A stretch of DNA of 64,000 nucleotides from Actinomycetota bacterium (GCA_009726095.1 WLMZ01000001.1:270-64269); one strand, 5' to 3'; numbered from the stretch's first letter, positions 37,005 to 47,702 are shown. Notes: generated by a model from the sequence alone, not told the origin. Translations and numbers: made by a program.

Positions 37005-38864
37005 ATGCGAATGGGCCCCCACATGATGCTTCCAGGAGATTCCGACGCGGTGAAAGGGGCCAAGCTGAACAAGGGTGCCCTCCGCCGCGTGTGGACCTTC
37101 GCCCGTCCGTATCGGGCGAGCATCAACGGCTTTCTGATCACCATCGTGTTGGCGGCACTGTTGTCGCTGGCGGCACCGTTCGCGTTCCGTCGCATCATCG
37201 ACCATTCCATTCCCACCAAGGATCGCAGCGAGCTCACCATGCTTGCCATCATCGTGGTCATCGCCGCCATCGGTGATGCCGGCCTGGCCATCGTGCAGCG
37301 TTGGTATTCCGCCCGCATCGGCGAGGGCCTCATCTACGACCTACGCGTAGCGCTGTTCGACAAGGTGCAACGCATGCCCATTGCGTTCTTCACCCGCACA
37401 CAGACCGGGTCGGTCATCAGCCGGCTCAACAACGACGTCATCGGCGCCCAGTCAGCCGTCACCAGCACGCTGGGCAGTGTGGTGAGCAACATCGTCGTGC
37501 TCGCCACCTCGCTCACCACGATGGCGTATTTCGAGTGGCGTCTCACGTTGTTGTCGCTGGTGGTGCTGCCGATCTTCATCGTTCCCGCCAAGCGCGTCGG
37601 CAAGAAACTGCAGATCATCGCTCGCCAGCAAATGGAATACAACGCAGCGATGAACACACAGATGACCGAGCGCTTCAATGTCAGCGGCGCGCTGCTGGTC
37701 AAACTGTTCGGCCGCCACGATCGCGAGGTCTCCACATTCTCCAAGCGCGCTGGCGGTGTGCGCGACACCGGAATCAAGGCGGCCATGTACGGCCGGGTGT
37801 TCCTGGTCGCACTCGGTCTGGTGGGCGCGCTCGGTGCCGCTGCGGTCTACGGGGTCGGTGGGCATCTGGCCATCTCTGGCAATCTGTCACCCGGCACCCT
37901 GGTCCTGCTCGCCACGCTCGTGTCGCGCATCTACCAGCCGCTCACCGGGCTGACCAATGCCCGTGTCGACCTGATGACGGCCTTCGTCAGCTTCGAGCGC
38001 GTGTTCGAGGTGCTGGATGCGCCAGTCGCCATCGTCGATGCACCCGACGCCGTTGCACTGGTCGACCCCAAGGGCTCGGTCGAGTTCGCCAACGTCACGT
38101 TCCGTTACCCGCCCGCCTCCGCGGTGTCCATTGCCTCGCTCGAGGCGCCCGGGCCGCAGGGCGTCGACCCCGACCGCGACGTGCTGCGCAACCTGTCGCT
38201 CAGCATCGCCCCCGGGGAAACAGTGGCGCTGGTGGGTTCGTCGGGAGCTGGAAAGACGACACTGTCGTCGTTGATCACCCGGCTCTACGACGTGACCGGT
38301 GGCGCCGTGTTGATCGATGGCCATGATGTGCGAGCGCTCACCGGCGAGTCGCTACGGGCGGCGATCGGTGTGGTGTCGCAGGATCCCCACCTGTTCCACG
38401 AGAGCATCGAATCGAACCTGCGCTACGCCAAGCCCGACGCAACCGTGGCCGAACTCGACGAGGCGTGCCGGGCGGCACGCATCTACGACACCATCGCCAC
38501 CCTTCCCGACGGCTACGCCACCATTGTTGGCGAGCGCGGCCACCGGTTGAGCGGCGGCGAGAAGCAACGCCTGGCCATTGCCCGCATGCTGTTGAAGAAC
38601 CCTGCTGTCATGATCCTGGACGAAGCCACCAGCCATCTGGACAACGAGAACGAGGCGCTGGTGCAGGCTGCGCTGGATAACGCCCTGCAGGGCCGCACCG
38701 CGCTCGTCATCGCTCACCGCCTGTCCACCATCCGCGACGCCGACCGTATCGTGGTGCTCGATGACGGCCAGGTTGTCGAGCAGGGCACCCACGACGAGCT
38801 GATGGCCCTCGGAGGCATGTATGCCCGCCAGGAGCAGATCACTCAGTCACCAGCCCCTGATTGA
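37005..38864 (+). CDS. ABC exporter, fused permease/ATPase (MsbA/MdlB-like)
   Basis: Six-TM domain, Walker A GSSGAGKTT, signature LSGGEKQR, Walker B MILDEATS. Confidence 0.9.
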   Translation: MRMGPHMMLPGDSDAVKGAKLNKGALRRVWTFARPYRASINGFLITIVLAALLSLAAPFAFRRIIDHSIPTKDRSELTMLAIIVVIAAIGDAGLAIVQRWYSARIGEGLIYDLRVALFDKVQRMPIAFFTRTQTGSVISRLNNDVIGAQSAVTSTLGSVVSNIVVLATSLTTMAYFEWRLTLLSLVVLPIFIVPAKRVGKKLQIIARQQMEYNAAMNTQMTERFNVSGALLVKLFGRHDREVSTFSKRAGGVRDTGIKAAMYGRVFLVALGLVGALGAAAVYGVGGHLAISGNLSPGTLVLLATLVSRIYQPLTGLTNARVDLMTAFVSFERVFEVLDAPVAIVDAPDAVALVDPKGSVEFANVTFRYPPASAVSIASLEAPGPQGVDPDRDVLRNLSLSIAPGETVALVGSSGAGKTTLSSLITRLYDVTGGAVLIDGHDVRALTGESLRAAIGVVSQDPHLFHESIESNLRYAKPDATVAELDEACRAARIYDTIATLPDGYATIVGERGHRLSGGEKQRLAIARMLLKNPAVMILDEATSHLDNENEALVQAALDNALQGRTALVIAHRLSTIRDADRIVVLDDGQVVEQGTHDELMALGGMYARQEQITQSPAPD

Positions 38865-38987
38865 ACGGCCGGTCTCTGAACGTCCATGATCGCATCGTGG
38901 TCGGGACTTGTGTGATCCGTTGATGATGTCCGTTACGTACATGATGAGGGTGGTTCGCTGGGGGACCGCTGCGGCCGGTGAAGGGAT

Positions 38988-40592
38988 GTGCCCATGACAG
39001 ATATCGAGGACGCCGGAGCAGCATCGCCGGCGAACCCCACTGGCCAGCTCACGCCGCGTTGGTGGGGCGTGCTGATCGGCCTGGTGTCGCTCGGACTCGG
39101 CCTGGCTGCCGGAGAAGTGGTTGCTGGGTTGTCACGGCTGTTGCGCTCACCGATCGTCAGTGTGGGCGACCGAGTGATCGACCATGTACCAAAGCCGGTG
39201 AAGCAGTGGGCCATCCGTACGTTCGGCACCACCGACAAGACGGTGCTGATCTGGAGCATCGTCGTGGTCATCGCGTTGATCGCAATGGTGGTCGGCGTCG
39301 CAACGGTTCGCGGGCGCACCGACATCGGTATCGGGTCCGCTGTCCTGTTGGGCGTGCTCGGGGCATGGGCCGGGGGCGTGGGCCGCAACACCCGCTTCAT
39401 CGGTGTGCTGCCGTCACTGGTCGCCGCAACGGTCGCCGCCGGCGTGTTGGTGCTGGGCCACCGTCTGGCGCACCCGCGAGCAGAACATCGGCCATCGAGT
39501 GCAGCCGCCCAGAGCATGACCGGGCCACCAGCCCTCGACCGGCGACGCTTCCTGATGGGCACCGGTGGTCTGGCACTCGGCGCAGTGGCGCTGGCGTCCG
39601 TTGGCCGTTCCATGCAGAACCGTTTCGACTCGGCCCTCGAGCGCGCCGGTGTTCGCCTGCCCACGGCGCGCGCCCCCCTCCCCGCCCCGCCAACCGATCC
39701 GGCCCTGGCCACCGAGGGCCTGTCCCCGTTGATCACGCCAATCCCTGACTTCTATCGCATCGACACCGCCCTGTCGTTCCCATCGGTCTCGCTGAAAACG
39801 TGGAAGCTGAAGATCACCGGCATGGTGGAAAACGAACGGTCCTACACCTACGACGAGCTGATGGATCGCGAGCTGATCGAACGCGACATCACCATCTCGT
39901 GCGTCTCCAACGAGGTCGGGGGCGACCTCGTCGGCAATGGCCGCTGGATCGGGTGCCGGCTCGATGATCTGCTCGCCGAAGCAGGCATCCACCGCGACGC
40001 CGACCAGATCATGGGTGTGTCGGTGGACGAGTTCACGGCCGGGTTCCCAGTGGCCACGCTCGATGGCCGCGATGCCATCGTGGCGCTGGGCATGAACGGC
40101 GAGGCACTGCCGGTCAAGAACGGCTTCCCTGCCCGGCTCGTCATCCCCGGCCTCTACGGCTACGTCTCTGCCACCAAATGGCTCAGCGAGATCCGGTTGA
40201 CCAGGTTCGACAAGGAGGAGGGCTACTGGGTGCCCCGTGGGTGGTCGGCACTTGCACCGGTCAAGACCCAATCGCGTATCGATCGCCCCGGTTCGAGCAT
40301 CAGCGCTGGAACCGTCGCCATCGCCGGTGTGGCGTGGGCCCCGACGCGCGGCGTAGCTCGGGTGGAGGTGCAAGTCGACGACGGACCGTGGACCGCGTCC
40401 ACACTGGGTCCCTCGCTTGGCGATAACTCCTGGAGGCAGTGGTGGTTGAAGTGGGATGCCACACCGGGCACACACAAGATCCGCTGCCGAGCCACCGATG
40501 GAACCGGCGACACCCAGACCGAAGCGCGTGTCGATGTGGCACCCGACGGAGCAACCGGTTGGCACACCATTCGCATCGATGTCACGGGCTGA
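38988..40592 (+). CDS. membrane-anchored molybdopterin-dependent oxidoreductase (sulfite-oxidase fold)
   Basis: N-terminal TM segments, ISCVSNEVGG (Mo-ligand Cys context), MNGEALPVKNGFPARLVIPGLYGYVSATKW. Confidence 0.8.
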   Translation: MPMTDIEDAGAASPANPTGQLTPRWWGVLIGLVSLGLGLAAGEVVAGLSRLLRSPIVSVGDRVIDHVPKPVKQWAIRTFGTTDKTVLIWSIVVVIALIAMVVGVATVRGRTDIGIGSAVLLGVLGAWAGGVGRNTRFIGVLPSLVAATVAAGVLVLGHRLAHPRAEHRPSSAAAQSMTGPPALDRRRFLMGTGGLALGAVALASVGRSMQNRFDSALERAGVRLPTARAPLPAPPTDPALATEGLSPLITPIPDFYRIDTALSFPSVSLKTWKLKITGMVENERSYTYDELMDRELIERDITISCVSNEVGGDLVGNGRWIGCRLDDLLAEAGIHRDADQIMGVSVDEFTAGFPVATLDGRDAIVALGMNGEALPVKNGFPARLVIPGLYGYVSATKWLSEIRLTRFDKEEGYWVPRGWSALAPVKTQSRIDRPGSSISAGTVAIAGVAWAPTRGVARVEVQVDDGPWTASTLGPSLGDNSWRQWWLKWDATPGTHKIRCRATDGTGDTQTEARVDVAPDGATGWHTIRIDVTG

Positions 40593-40629
40593 GACAGCCA
40601 ACGCCGACGCGTTGGGGCAGAATCAGGGA

Positions 40630-41991
40630 GTGAGCCAGCCCGCATTCGAATTCGCGCTGGACGACGGCGCCGAGCACACCTACTCGGTCGGCGAGCTGGC
40701 CGATGCTGTGAACGGGGCGTTGCGCAGCAGGTTCGGTTCCGGCGTGTGGATACGCGGCGAAATCCAGGGCTACAGCGAACGCGGTCCGCATGCATACTTC
40801 CGCCTGGTCGAGGTGACCGACGCCGGCAAGGCCGTACTCGACGTCTCGCTCTTCGCCAATGCGCGGGTGCGCCTACGGCCCCTCCTGCAAAAGCACGGCC
40901 TCCAGCTGGCCGAGGGCATCAAGGTGCGCGTGTTCGGCTCGCTCGATTTCTATGCGCCGAGCGGTCGGCTCAGCCTGAAGATGTCCGGCATCGATCCGCG
41001 CTACACGCTCGGCGAGATGGCCCTACAGCGCGACGACGTGATCCGCCGTCTGGTGGCATCGGGCATGTACGACGCGAATCGGCGGCGGACGCTGACGCTG
41101 CTGCCGCTGCGCATCGGCCTGATCACCAGCGTGGGGAGCGCGGCGTGGCACGACTTCACCAAGGAACTCGAGCAGAGCGGGCACGGCTTCGAGATTCGCG
41201 CCGTTGACGTGCGGGTACAGGGTGACACTGCAGCCGCCATGGTGACCGCAGCGATCAACGAGCTGAACGGCCACGGCGATCTGGATGTGATCGTGATCGT
41301 GCGCGGTGGCGGCCCGCGAACGGAACTGGCCGTGTTCGACTCGGAGTCCATTGCGCTTGCCATTGCCGCTGCGCCGTGCCCGGTGTTCACCGGGTTGGGC
41401 CACGAGATCGATCGCAGTGTGGCCGACGAGGTGGCGCACACGGCGTTCAAGACACCGACGGCCTGCGCCGGGGCACTCGTCGAGCGCGCCCAGGCGTTCT
41501 CGCAGCGCACCGAAGGCGCATGGACGGCCATCGCCGCGCTCGCCGGCCGACAGATCGAGCAGGCCTCCACAGGTTTGCTGGACACGGCGCGGCGCATCGA
41601 ACAACGAACCGTTGCTGCCGTGGAACGCGCCGATCAACGCCTCACCGACCGATCACACCGCGTCAACCTGTCCAGCGGGCGAGCGCTCGAACAGGCATCG
41701 ATGCACATGCAACGATCCACCGAACGGGTCGGGCGTCGCGCGCTGCAGTTTGCCACCCAGGAGCTGTCCACCCTGCAGCAGATCGAGGCGCGTGTTCGCC
41801 TCTTGGATCCGGTGCACACGCTCGCTCGCGGCTGGAGCCTCACACGCACCGCCGACGGGCGCGTCGTGCGCAGCGCCGAAGAACTCGCTGTCGGCGCAAC
41901 GATCATCACCACGTTCGCCTCTGGGCAGGCCAGCAGCACCGTGGACACGTTGGCTGAAACACCGACCGCCTCTCAAGGAGAACCAGCATGA
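40630..41991 (+). CDS. xseA: exodeoxyribonuclease VII large subunit
   Basis: YSVGELADAVNGALRSRFGSGVWIRGEIQGYS (OB fold) and VIVIVRGGG. A GTG start is inferred. Confidence 0.9.
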   Translation: MSQPAFEFALDDGAEHTYSVGELADAVNGALRSRFGSGVWIRGEIQGYSERGPHAYFRLVEVTDAGKAVLDVSLFANARVRLRPLLQKHGLQLAEGIKVRVFGSLDFYAPSGRLSLKMSGIDPRYTLGEMALQRDDVIRRLVASGMYDANRRRTLTLLPLRIGLITSVGSAAWHDFTKELEQSGHGFEIRAVDVRVQGDTAAAMVTAAINELNGHGDLDVIVIVRGGGPRTELAVFDSESIALAIAAAPCPVFTGLGHEIDRSVADEVAHTAFKTPTACAGALVERAQAFSQRTEGAWTAIAALAGRQIEQASTGLLDTARRIEQRTVAAVERADQRLTDRSHRVNLSSGRALEQASMHMQRSTERVGRRALQFATQELSTLQQIEARVRLLDPVHTLARGWSLTRTADGRVVRSAEELAVGATIITTFASGQASSTVDTLAETPTASQGEPA

Positions 41992-42185
41992 GTGAACCCA
42001 TTGGCTACGCCGAGGCGCTCGCCGAACTCGAGGGCATCCTGGCCGAACTCGAACGCGACAACGTCGATGTCGATCGACTGGCGAGTCAGGTGCAGCGCGC
42101 CGCCGAGCTGATCAGGTTGTGTCGCGAACGCATCGGCAACGCGCGCCTGCAGATCGAACACGTCGTCGCCGAGCTCGGCAGCTGA
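41988..42185 (+). CDS. xseB: exodeoxyribonuclease VII small subunit
   Basis: 65 aa. YAEALAELEGILAELE. The start overlaps the xseA stop. Confidence 0.9.
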   Translation: MSEPIGYAEALAELEGILAELERDNVDVDRLASQVQRAAELIRLCRERIGNARLQIEHVVAELGS

Positions 42186-42239
42186 GCTCGGCAATTGGCC
42201 CGACGGCGGGCTCCCGACCTCGACCGCTAGCCTGACCGC

Positions 42240-43298
42240 GTGCTTCCTGTCGCCCCTGCGTCGCTCGCTCAGATCGCTACACGCGTCGACACGCGTCTGC
42301 GGGCGCTCATCGACATCGAGGATGCCCGCTGGTCGGGGTTCGATGCCACGCTCGCCGATCCGTTCATCGCCATTCGCGGGCTGGTGTTGGGTGGCGGCAA
42401 GCGGCTCCGCCCCGCCTTCTGCCACTGGGGTTTCGTGGGTGCAGGCGGCGACGCCGACCACCAGCAGATCATCGATGCTGGCGCCGCATTGGAACTGCTA
42501 CACGCGTTCGCCCTCTTCCACGACGACGTCATGGATGGCTCTGCCACCCGCCGCGGCGAGCCCACTGTGCATACCGTGCACGAACAGCGTCATGCGGGCA
42601 AATGGGCCGGCGAGGCCCGCCGCTATGGCGAAGGTGTGGCCATTCTGGTCGGCGACCTCACGTTCGTCTATGCCGATCAACTCATGCGCGGTGCCTCCGC
42701 GGCCGCCTGGGACATCTGGAACGAACTTCGCATCGAGCTCAACATCGGCCAGTACCTCGACATCGTCGGCTCTGCGCATCGCGAGCGGCGCTGGGAGAAG
42801 GCCGCCCAGATCTGCCGATACAAGAGCGGCAAGTACACCATCGAACGGCCGCTGCACATGGGCGCGATGCTGGCTGCGCCCGAGCGTGCCGACGAGCTAC
42901 TGGCGCCGCTGTCTGCATACGGCCTCCCGTTGGGCGACGCGTTCCAGATGCGCGACGACGTCCTCGGCGTCTACGGCGACACCGCCATCACCGGCAAGCC
43001 CGTTGCAGACGACCTTCGCGAGGGCAAGCCCACCCCGCTCATGGCACTTGCATGCGCAGCAGCGACACCCGCTCAGCTTCTGATACTGGACCGCGTCGGA
43101 GAGCCCAACATGAGCGCGCAGACCATCGCCGATGTGCAACAGGTCATCATCGACACCGGTGCGCTGGCCGAGCTCGAAGGCCACATCCGCTCCCTCACCG
43201 ATCAGGCGTTGGCCGCACTGGCCACCATGCCGCTCACCACAGAGTCGCTCGACGAACTCGCATCGCTGGCCAGCTACGTCAGCTGGCGCGACATCTGA
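42240..43298 (+). CDS. polyprenyl diphosphate synthase (GGPP synthase-like)
   Basis: FARM LFHDDVMD and SARM FQMRDDVLG. Confidence 0.9.
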   Translation: MLPVAPASLAQIATRVDTRLRALIDIEDARWSGFDATLADPFIAIRGLVLGGGKRLRPAFCHWGFVGAGGDADHQQIIDAGAALELLHAFALFHDDVMDGSATRRGEPTVHTVHEQRHAGKWAGEARRYGEGVAILVGDLTFVYADQLMRGASAAAWDIWNELRIELNIGQYLDIVGSAHRERRWEKAAQICRYKSGKYTIERPLHMGAMLAAPERADELLAPLSAYGLPLGDAFQMRDDVLGVYGDTAITGKPVADDLREGKPTPLMALACAAATPAQLLILDRVGEPNMSAQTIADVQQVIIDTGALAELEGHIRSLTDQALAALATMPLTTESLDELASLASYVSWRDI

Positions 43299-43317
43299 GG
43301 CCACAGGGAGCTCCGCC

Positions 43318-43887
43318 ATGACAAGCCTGCGCGACCGACCCAGCACCGCCCTGTTGGTCGTAGACGTACAGCGCGATGTCGTGGCCAACGCCCACAACCG
43401 CGACGCGGTCATCGCCAACATCGAGACGTTGCTCAATCGCGCCCGCGCCGGGCAGGTGCCGGTGATCTGGGTGCAGCATGCCGATGACAACCTGGCGGTG
43501 GGCAGCGAGGGCTGGCAGTACGTGGCCGAGTTGCAGCGCCAGGAGACCGAGCCACTGGTGCACAAGGCCTACGGCGACTCGTTCGAGGACACCACGCTCG
43601 AGGCCGAACTGGCGCAGCGAGGTGTCGGCCGGGTCGTCGTCACCGGCGCGCAGACCGACGCCTGCATACGCGCCACACTGCACGGCGCGTTCGTCCGCGG
43701 CTACGACACCATTCTGGTCAGCGATGCACACACGACGGACGACCTCTCCGACTACGGCCTACCCACGCCTGACAAGGTGATCGTGCACACCAACATGTAC
43801 TGGACCTGGCAGGCTGGCCCCGCCCGCATCGCCAGCGTGGTCGCCACCGCTGATGTCAACTTCTGTGCGACCATGGAGGAAGCATGA
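43318..43887 (+). CDS. isochorismatase-family cysteine hydrolase
   Basis: ALLVVDVQ...VVVTGAQTDACIRAT. Confidence 0.8.
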   Translation: MTSLRDRPSTALLVVDVQRDVVANAHNRDAVIANIETLLNRARAGQVPVIWVQHADDNLAVGSEGWQYVAELQRQETEPLVHKAYGDSFEDTTLEAELAQRGVGRVVVTGAQTDACIRATLHGAFVRGYDTILVSDAHTTDDLSDYGLPTPDKVIVHTNMYWTWQAGPARIASVVATADVNFCATMEEA

Positions 43888-44282
43888 ATCATCTCGACGC
43901 CATTGATCCGGAACTGTTCAACAACCCGTTCGCCACCCTCACCACGCTCGGCGCAGGTGGCGATCCGCAGATGACCGCCGTGTGGTTCCGCGTCGAGGAC
44001 GGCAAGATTCTGATCTCTGCAACGGCGCGGCGGCGCAAGGTGAAGAACCTCATGGCCGACCCGCGGTGCTCGCTGTTCATCTTCCATCCGACAACCGGCG
44101 ACTACTGCGTCGAACTCCGCGGCACCGCCCAGGTTGTCGACGACGCGGACTACGCGATCGCCGACCTGATCAGCCCCCGCTACAACGCCGACTTCCGTGG
44201 CTTCGACAGCCCGACAGACCGGCGGATGGGGATCATCGTCACACCCGAACGCGTCATCGTCACCGACGTGCGCGCCCACTGA
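43884..44282 (+). CDS. PPOX-class (likely F420-dependent) oxidoreductase
   Basis: ATLTTLGAGGDPQMTAVWF...KVKNLMADPRCSL. Confidence 0.7.
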   Translation: MNHLDAIDPELFNNPFATLTTLGAGGDPQMTAVWFRVEDGKILISATARRRKVKNLMADPRCSLFIFHPTTGDYCVELRGTAQVVDDADYAIADLISPRYNADFRGFDSPTDRRMGIIVTPERVIVTDVRAH

Positions 44283-44313
44283 CACCAGCGCCAGCAACGT
44301 GGGTAGACCAGCC

Positions 44314-44604
44314 ATGGAGCTCGAGTTCACGGACGAACTGTGGTTCTGGAGGGGCCCAGCGCCCTGGTACTTCATCACCGTGCCAGATGCAGAGTGCCGA
44401 ATCCTCACCGAGGAGTGGCGGTTCGCCAGCTACGGCTGGGGCATGATCCCCGTCACCGCCCGGATCGGTTGCAGCACATGGGCCACCTCACTGTTCCCAA
44501 AGGACGGCCGCTACATCCTTCCCGTGAAGGCAGCAGTCCGACGCGCCGAGCAATTGGACGAGGGTGACGTCCCGCTCGTCAGCATGACGATCCGCTACCC
44601 CTGA
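44314..44604 (+). CDS. DUF1905 domain protein
   Basis: WFWRGPAPWYFITVP...GWGMIPVTARIG...TSLFPKDGRYILPVK. Confidence 0.7.
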   Translation: MELEFTDELWFWRGPAPWYFITVPDAECRILTEEWRFASYGWGMIPVTARIGCSTWATSLFPKDGRYILPVKAAVRRAEQLDEGDVPLVSMTIRYP

Positions 44605-44697
44605 CCCGCAACCCAGTGAACTTACAGTAGATGTGAGCCGTCAAGGGCACGGATCAACTGCCAGAACGGGGTGACGGCGCAGGGCAGACCGGGGCTG

Positions 44698-45348
44698 CTA
44701 CAGCGACTGGTAGGTGGCGAGCGCCTCGCGTACCGATGCCTGGGCCACACCGACCTCATCGGCAACTGCGGCCAGCCACTGGGGCCGCACGATGGCCGCC
44801 ACCGTGATGGGTTCGTCGAGCCCGGAGTGCTCCATCGCCATGCGCACGAACAGCGTGGCGTAGTCGGGGGGCCGCAGATCGCGGGACAGCTCGAACAGGG
44901 CGTACGGATCGGGTGGCGTGCTGCGCGGCTCGAGCGAGAGGAAGCTCGATGACGTGGGCGTCACTGCCCCGCCAGCGAGGCCGGGGCCATCGGCGAGTAC
45001 CGCGCCGCGCACCGAACCCGCGCGGGCTCCGGCCAGCTGCAGCGCGATGTAGGCACCGAGACCGCGGCCTACCACGGTGACCTCGCCGAGAGCGGCCAGC
45101 GCCGTATCAGCATCGGCCAGCAGCATCTCGGCGCTGTACCCACCACCGCGCGGCACGGTGCTGTGCCCGTGGCCGGTGAAATCGAGTGCGGTCACGGGGC
45201 CGGGCCACTCGTTGCACCAGGCAGGCTCGGTGGCGGGGGCGTGCTCGCCGAGCCCGTGCAACAACAGCAACGGGCGACCCTCACCCTCACGCAGGTAGTG
45301 CAGCGCCAGGGAGACCTTGCCGTGCAGCAGCATGGAGACCCGGCTCAT
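44698..45348 (-). CDS. alpha/beta-hydrolase-fold protein lacking the nucleophile serine
   Basis: LLLLHGLGEH is present, but the elbow reads GRGLG instead of GxSxG. The start overlaps the upstream stop (ATGA). Confidence 0.6.
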   Translation of the reverse strand: MSRVSMLLHGKVSLALHYLREGEGRPLLLLHGLGEHAPATEPAWCNEWPGPVTALDFTGHGHSTVPRGGGYSAEMLLADADTALAALGEVTVVGRGLGAYIALQLAGARAGSVRGAVLADGPGLAGGAVTPTSSSFLSLEPRSTPPDPYALFELSRDLRPPDYATLFVRMAMEHSGLDEPITVAAIVRPQWLAAVADEVGVAQASVREALATYQSL

Positions 45349-46229
45349 GATGCACCACCGAGGAAATCGAGAATCATCGATGACACCAGATGTGGCTGTT
45401 CGATGTGCACGAAGTGACCGACGTTGTCGAGCACCTCGCACCGTCCGCCGTCGGGCAGGTACTTGGCCACGTGGCGGGGCAGCGTGCCCCATCCCATCTC
45501 CTCGAGCTCGCTGCCGAGGATGCCGAAGAACGGCATGGGCAGGCCCGGCAGCCGGGTGATGGTCCACTCGGGGCGCCACGGCCCAAAACCACCGAAGCGC
45601 ATGGCGGGGTCGATCTTCCATCGCCAGCCATCGGCATCATGACGTGCACCGACGGTGACGAGATGGCACAGCCACTCGTGTGAGAGTCGAGGGTTCATCC
45701 GGCCGCGGCGGCGGGCGAGATCGTCGAGCGTTCCGGGCTTGCGCGATGCCTGGCTGACCTTGCGGCGGTCGTCGAGCCAGCGTTGCACGTCGCCGGCCAT
45801 CATCCGGGTGCGCTCGTGATCGGAGACGTCGGGAATACGGCGACGGTAAGGGATGCCATCCATGTTGATGAGATGGCTGAAGCGATACGGCTGGGCATCG
45901 GCGAGCTGGATCATCAGTGCCCCGCCCTTGGAGTGCCCGATCACAGGCGCCGGACGGGAGGTGACCGAGTCCATCACGGCCATCGCATCGCGCATGTCGC
46001 CGTCCCACGAATACAGCTCGGTGTGATCGCTGTCGCCGTGACCGCGTTGGTCCCAGCTGACAACGCGCCAACCCGCCCGTGCAAGCAACGGCGCGAACAC
46101 GTCGTAGGTGCGAGCGAAGTCGAAGCCGCCGTGCACGAGGAACATCGGGTCAGCGGTTTCAGCGCCCCACTCATGCACAGCGATGTTGACCTGTCCGGCA
46201 GCGATGGAATAGTCGCGATCCGGGGCCAT
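45345..46229 (-). CDS. alpha/beta hydrolase
   Basis: FLVHGGFD, WDQRGHGDS, elbow IGHSKGG. Confidence 0.8.
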   Translation of the reverse strand: MAPDRDYSIAAGQVNIAVHEWGAETADPMFLVHGGFDFARTYDVFAPLLARAGWRVVSWDQRGHGDSDHTELYSWDGDMRDAMAVMDSVTSRPAPVIGHSKGGALMIQLADAQPYRFSHLINMDGIPYRRRIPDVSDHERTRMMAGDVQRWLDDRRKVSQASRKPGTLDDLARRRGRMNPRLSHEWLCHLVTVGARHDADGWRWKIDPAMRFGGFGPWRPEWTITRLPGLPMPFFGILGSELEEMGWGTLPRHVAKYLPDGGRCEVLDNVGHFVHIEQPHLVSSMILDFLGGAS

Positions 46230-46292
46230 CGCTCCCGGGTAGGCGCCGGGTACGGGAGCGGGGGTTGAGGCAGGCTGCACCTTGACGAATCT

Positions 46293-46691
46293 ATGCGTAG
46301 CATGGCGCGGATGAGTTATCGCGCACGCCTTGCCCTGGTCATCGGACTGGTCTCGTCTGCTGCATTGGTAGCGGCGTGCAGCAGCGACAGTTCGGCCAAC
46401 GACACCCTGCCGCCCATCTCCACCACGTCGACGACCACCACCATGCCGGCCACCACCACCACCATCCCGCAGGTGTACGTGGTACGGAAGGGCGACTCGT
46501 TGTTCAGCATCGCCAAGAAGTTCGGCATCAGCGCGGCCGATCTCGCGGCCTTCAACAACATCACCGACCCCGACAAAATCCAGGCCGGTCAAAAACTGAA
46601 CCTGCCCCAACAGGGCGAGACGGTCACGCTGCCCCCAACGACGGCACCCACCACACCAGTCACCACCGCACCAGTCACCACCTCTGGCTGA
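46293..46691 (+). CDS. LysM-domain lipoprotein
   Basis: Lipobox LVAAC. LysM segment YVVRKGDSLFSIAKKFGISAADLAAFNNI...GQKLNLP. Confidence 0.85.
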   Translation: MRSMARMSYRARLALVIGLVSSAALVAACSSDSSANDTLPPISTTSTTTTMPATTTTIPQVYVVRKGDSLFSIAKKFGISAADLAAFNNITDPDKIQAGQKLNLPQQGETVTLPPTTAPTTPVTTAPVTTSG

Positions 46692-46774
46692 CGCCGGACC
46701 AGTTCTGAAACGGGCCGATGCTGGACCGCTGCGGTGACCTGATCCGATCCGGGATGCGGTCCTAGACTTCGTTC

Positions 46775-47476
46775 ATGACATCGTTCTGGCCCACACAGGA
46801 ACACTGGTCCGTCGCGATCCCGCTGCACACTCCTCACCCCCGTCTGCCGATTCTCAACGCAACGGGCTTCGTGCAGTTGCCTGCCGCAGATTTCGTGGTG
46901 CCGCCGAGCGAGTACGAGTCGCTCGAGTACCTCGATTGGAAGAGCGGTGGTGACACCAACTTCGCGCCGCTCGCATCAGCCGACGGCGAGCTGGATTGTC
47001 GCGGCTTCTGGGACAAGGGCAAGACCGACAAGGACGCGCTCTGGACCTCGAATGCCGACCACGCGCCCACGCTGAAGCACTACGTGTCGGGCGTCGGCGC
47101 CAACTTCGGCCGGGTTCGCATCATCAAGTTGCAGCCCCAAGATCGCGAGACAGCGATTCGCAGTATCCACCGCGACGACAACAACCGCTTCAACCCCGAC
47201 AACGAGGGCTGGGTCGTACGGTCGTGGGTAGAGCTCAGCGACAATCCCGACAGCTACATGCTGCTGATGGACAACGGGCCCGATGGACTCCCCGATCCGT
47301 CCACCGAGGTGCGCGTACCGCTTTCGCGTGGCGCCCGTTTCGTCGTCGACACCCAACGCCTCTGGCACGTGGTGGTACACCCCGGCACCTCGGCGCGCCA
47401 TGCCCTCATCACCAGCTTCGAAAGCGGCCCGGTGCTGGAGGAGTGGATCGATGGCCAGATCGGTGCCCGGGCCTGA
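46775..47476 (+). CDS. hypothetical protein, possibly aspartyl/asparaginyl beta-hydroxylase-like cupin
   Basis: HRD (HxD) ... FVVDTQRLWHVVVH pattern. The stop TGA lies inside the first 13-bp repeat unit. Confidence 0.4.
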   Translation: MTSFWPTQEHWSVAIPLHTPHPRLPILNATGFVQLPAADFVVPPSEYESLEYLDWKSGGDTNFAPLASADGELDCRGFWDKGKTDKDALWTSNADHAPTLKHYVSGVGANFGRVRIIKLQPQDRETAIRSIHRDDNNRFNPDNEGWVVRSWVELSDNPDSYMLLMDNGPDGLPDPSTEVRVPLSRGARFVVDTQRLWHVVVHPGTSARHALITSFESGPVLEEWIDGQIGARA

Positions 47477-47546
47477 TCATTGGGCCTGATCATTGGGCCT
47501 GTTCACCGGGCCTGATCATCGGGCCTGATCATCGGGCCTGATCACA
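47469..47546. repeat. 13-bp tandem repeat array, 6 units of GGGCCTGATCAT(C/T) (third unit GGGCCTGTTCACC)
   Basis: Read directly. Units start at 47469, 47482, 47495, 47508, 47521 and 47534. Confidence 0.95.
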
Positions 47547-47702
47547 GACATTGACTGCGCGAGGGCTTTGATGTGTGCCGGGGCGCTGCACCACCGACGA
47601 CCTTTCCTCTACCGAGCCGGCCCTTCGTACTTCTTGTCCAATCGTTCGTCTAGTTAGCTGGCTCTCTCGGGCACGGTGTGTCAGGGGAGGGGAGACGTTG
47701 GG

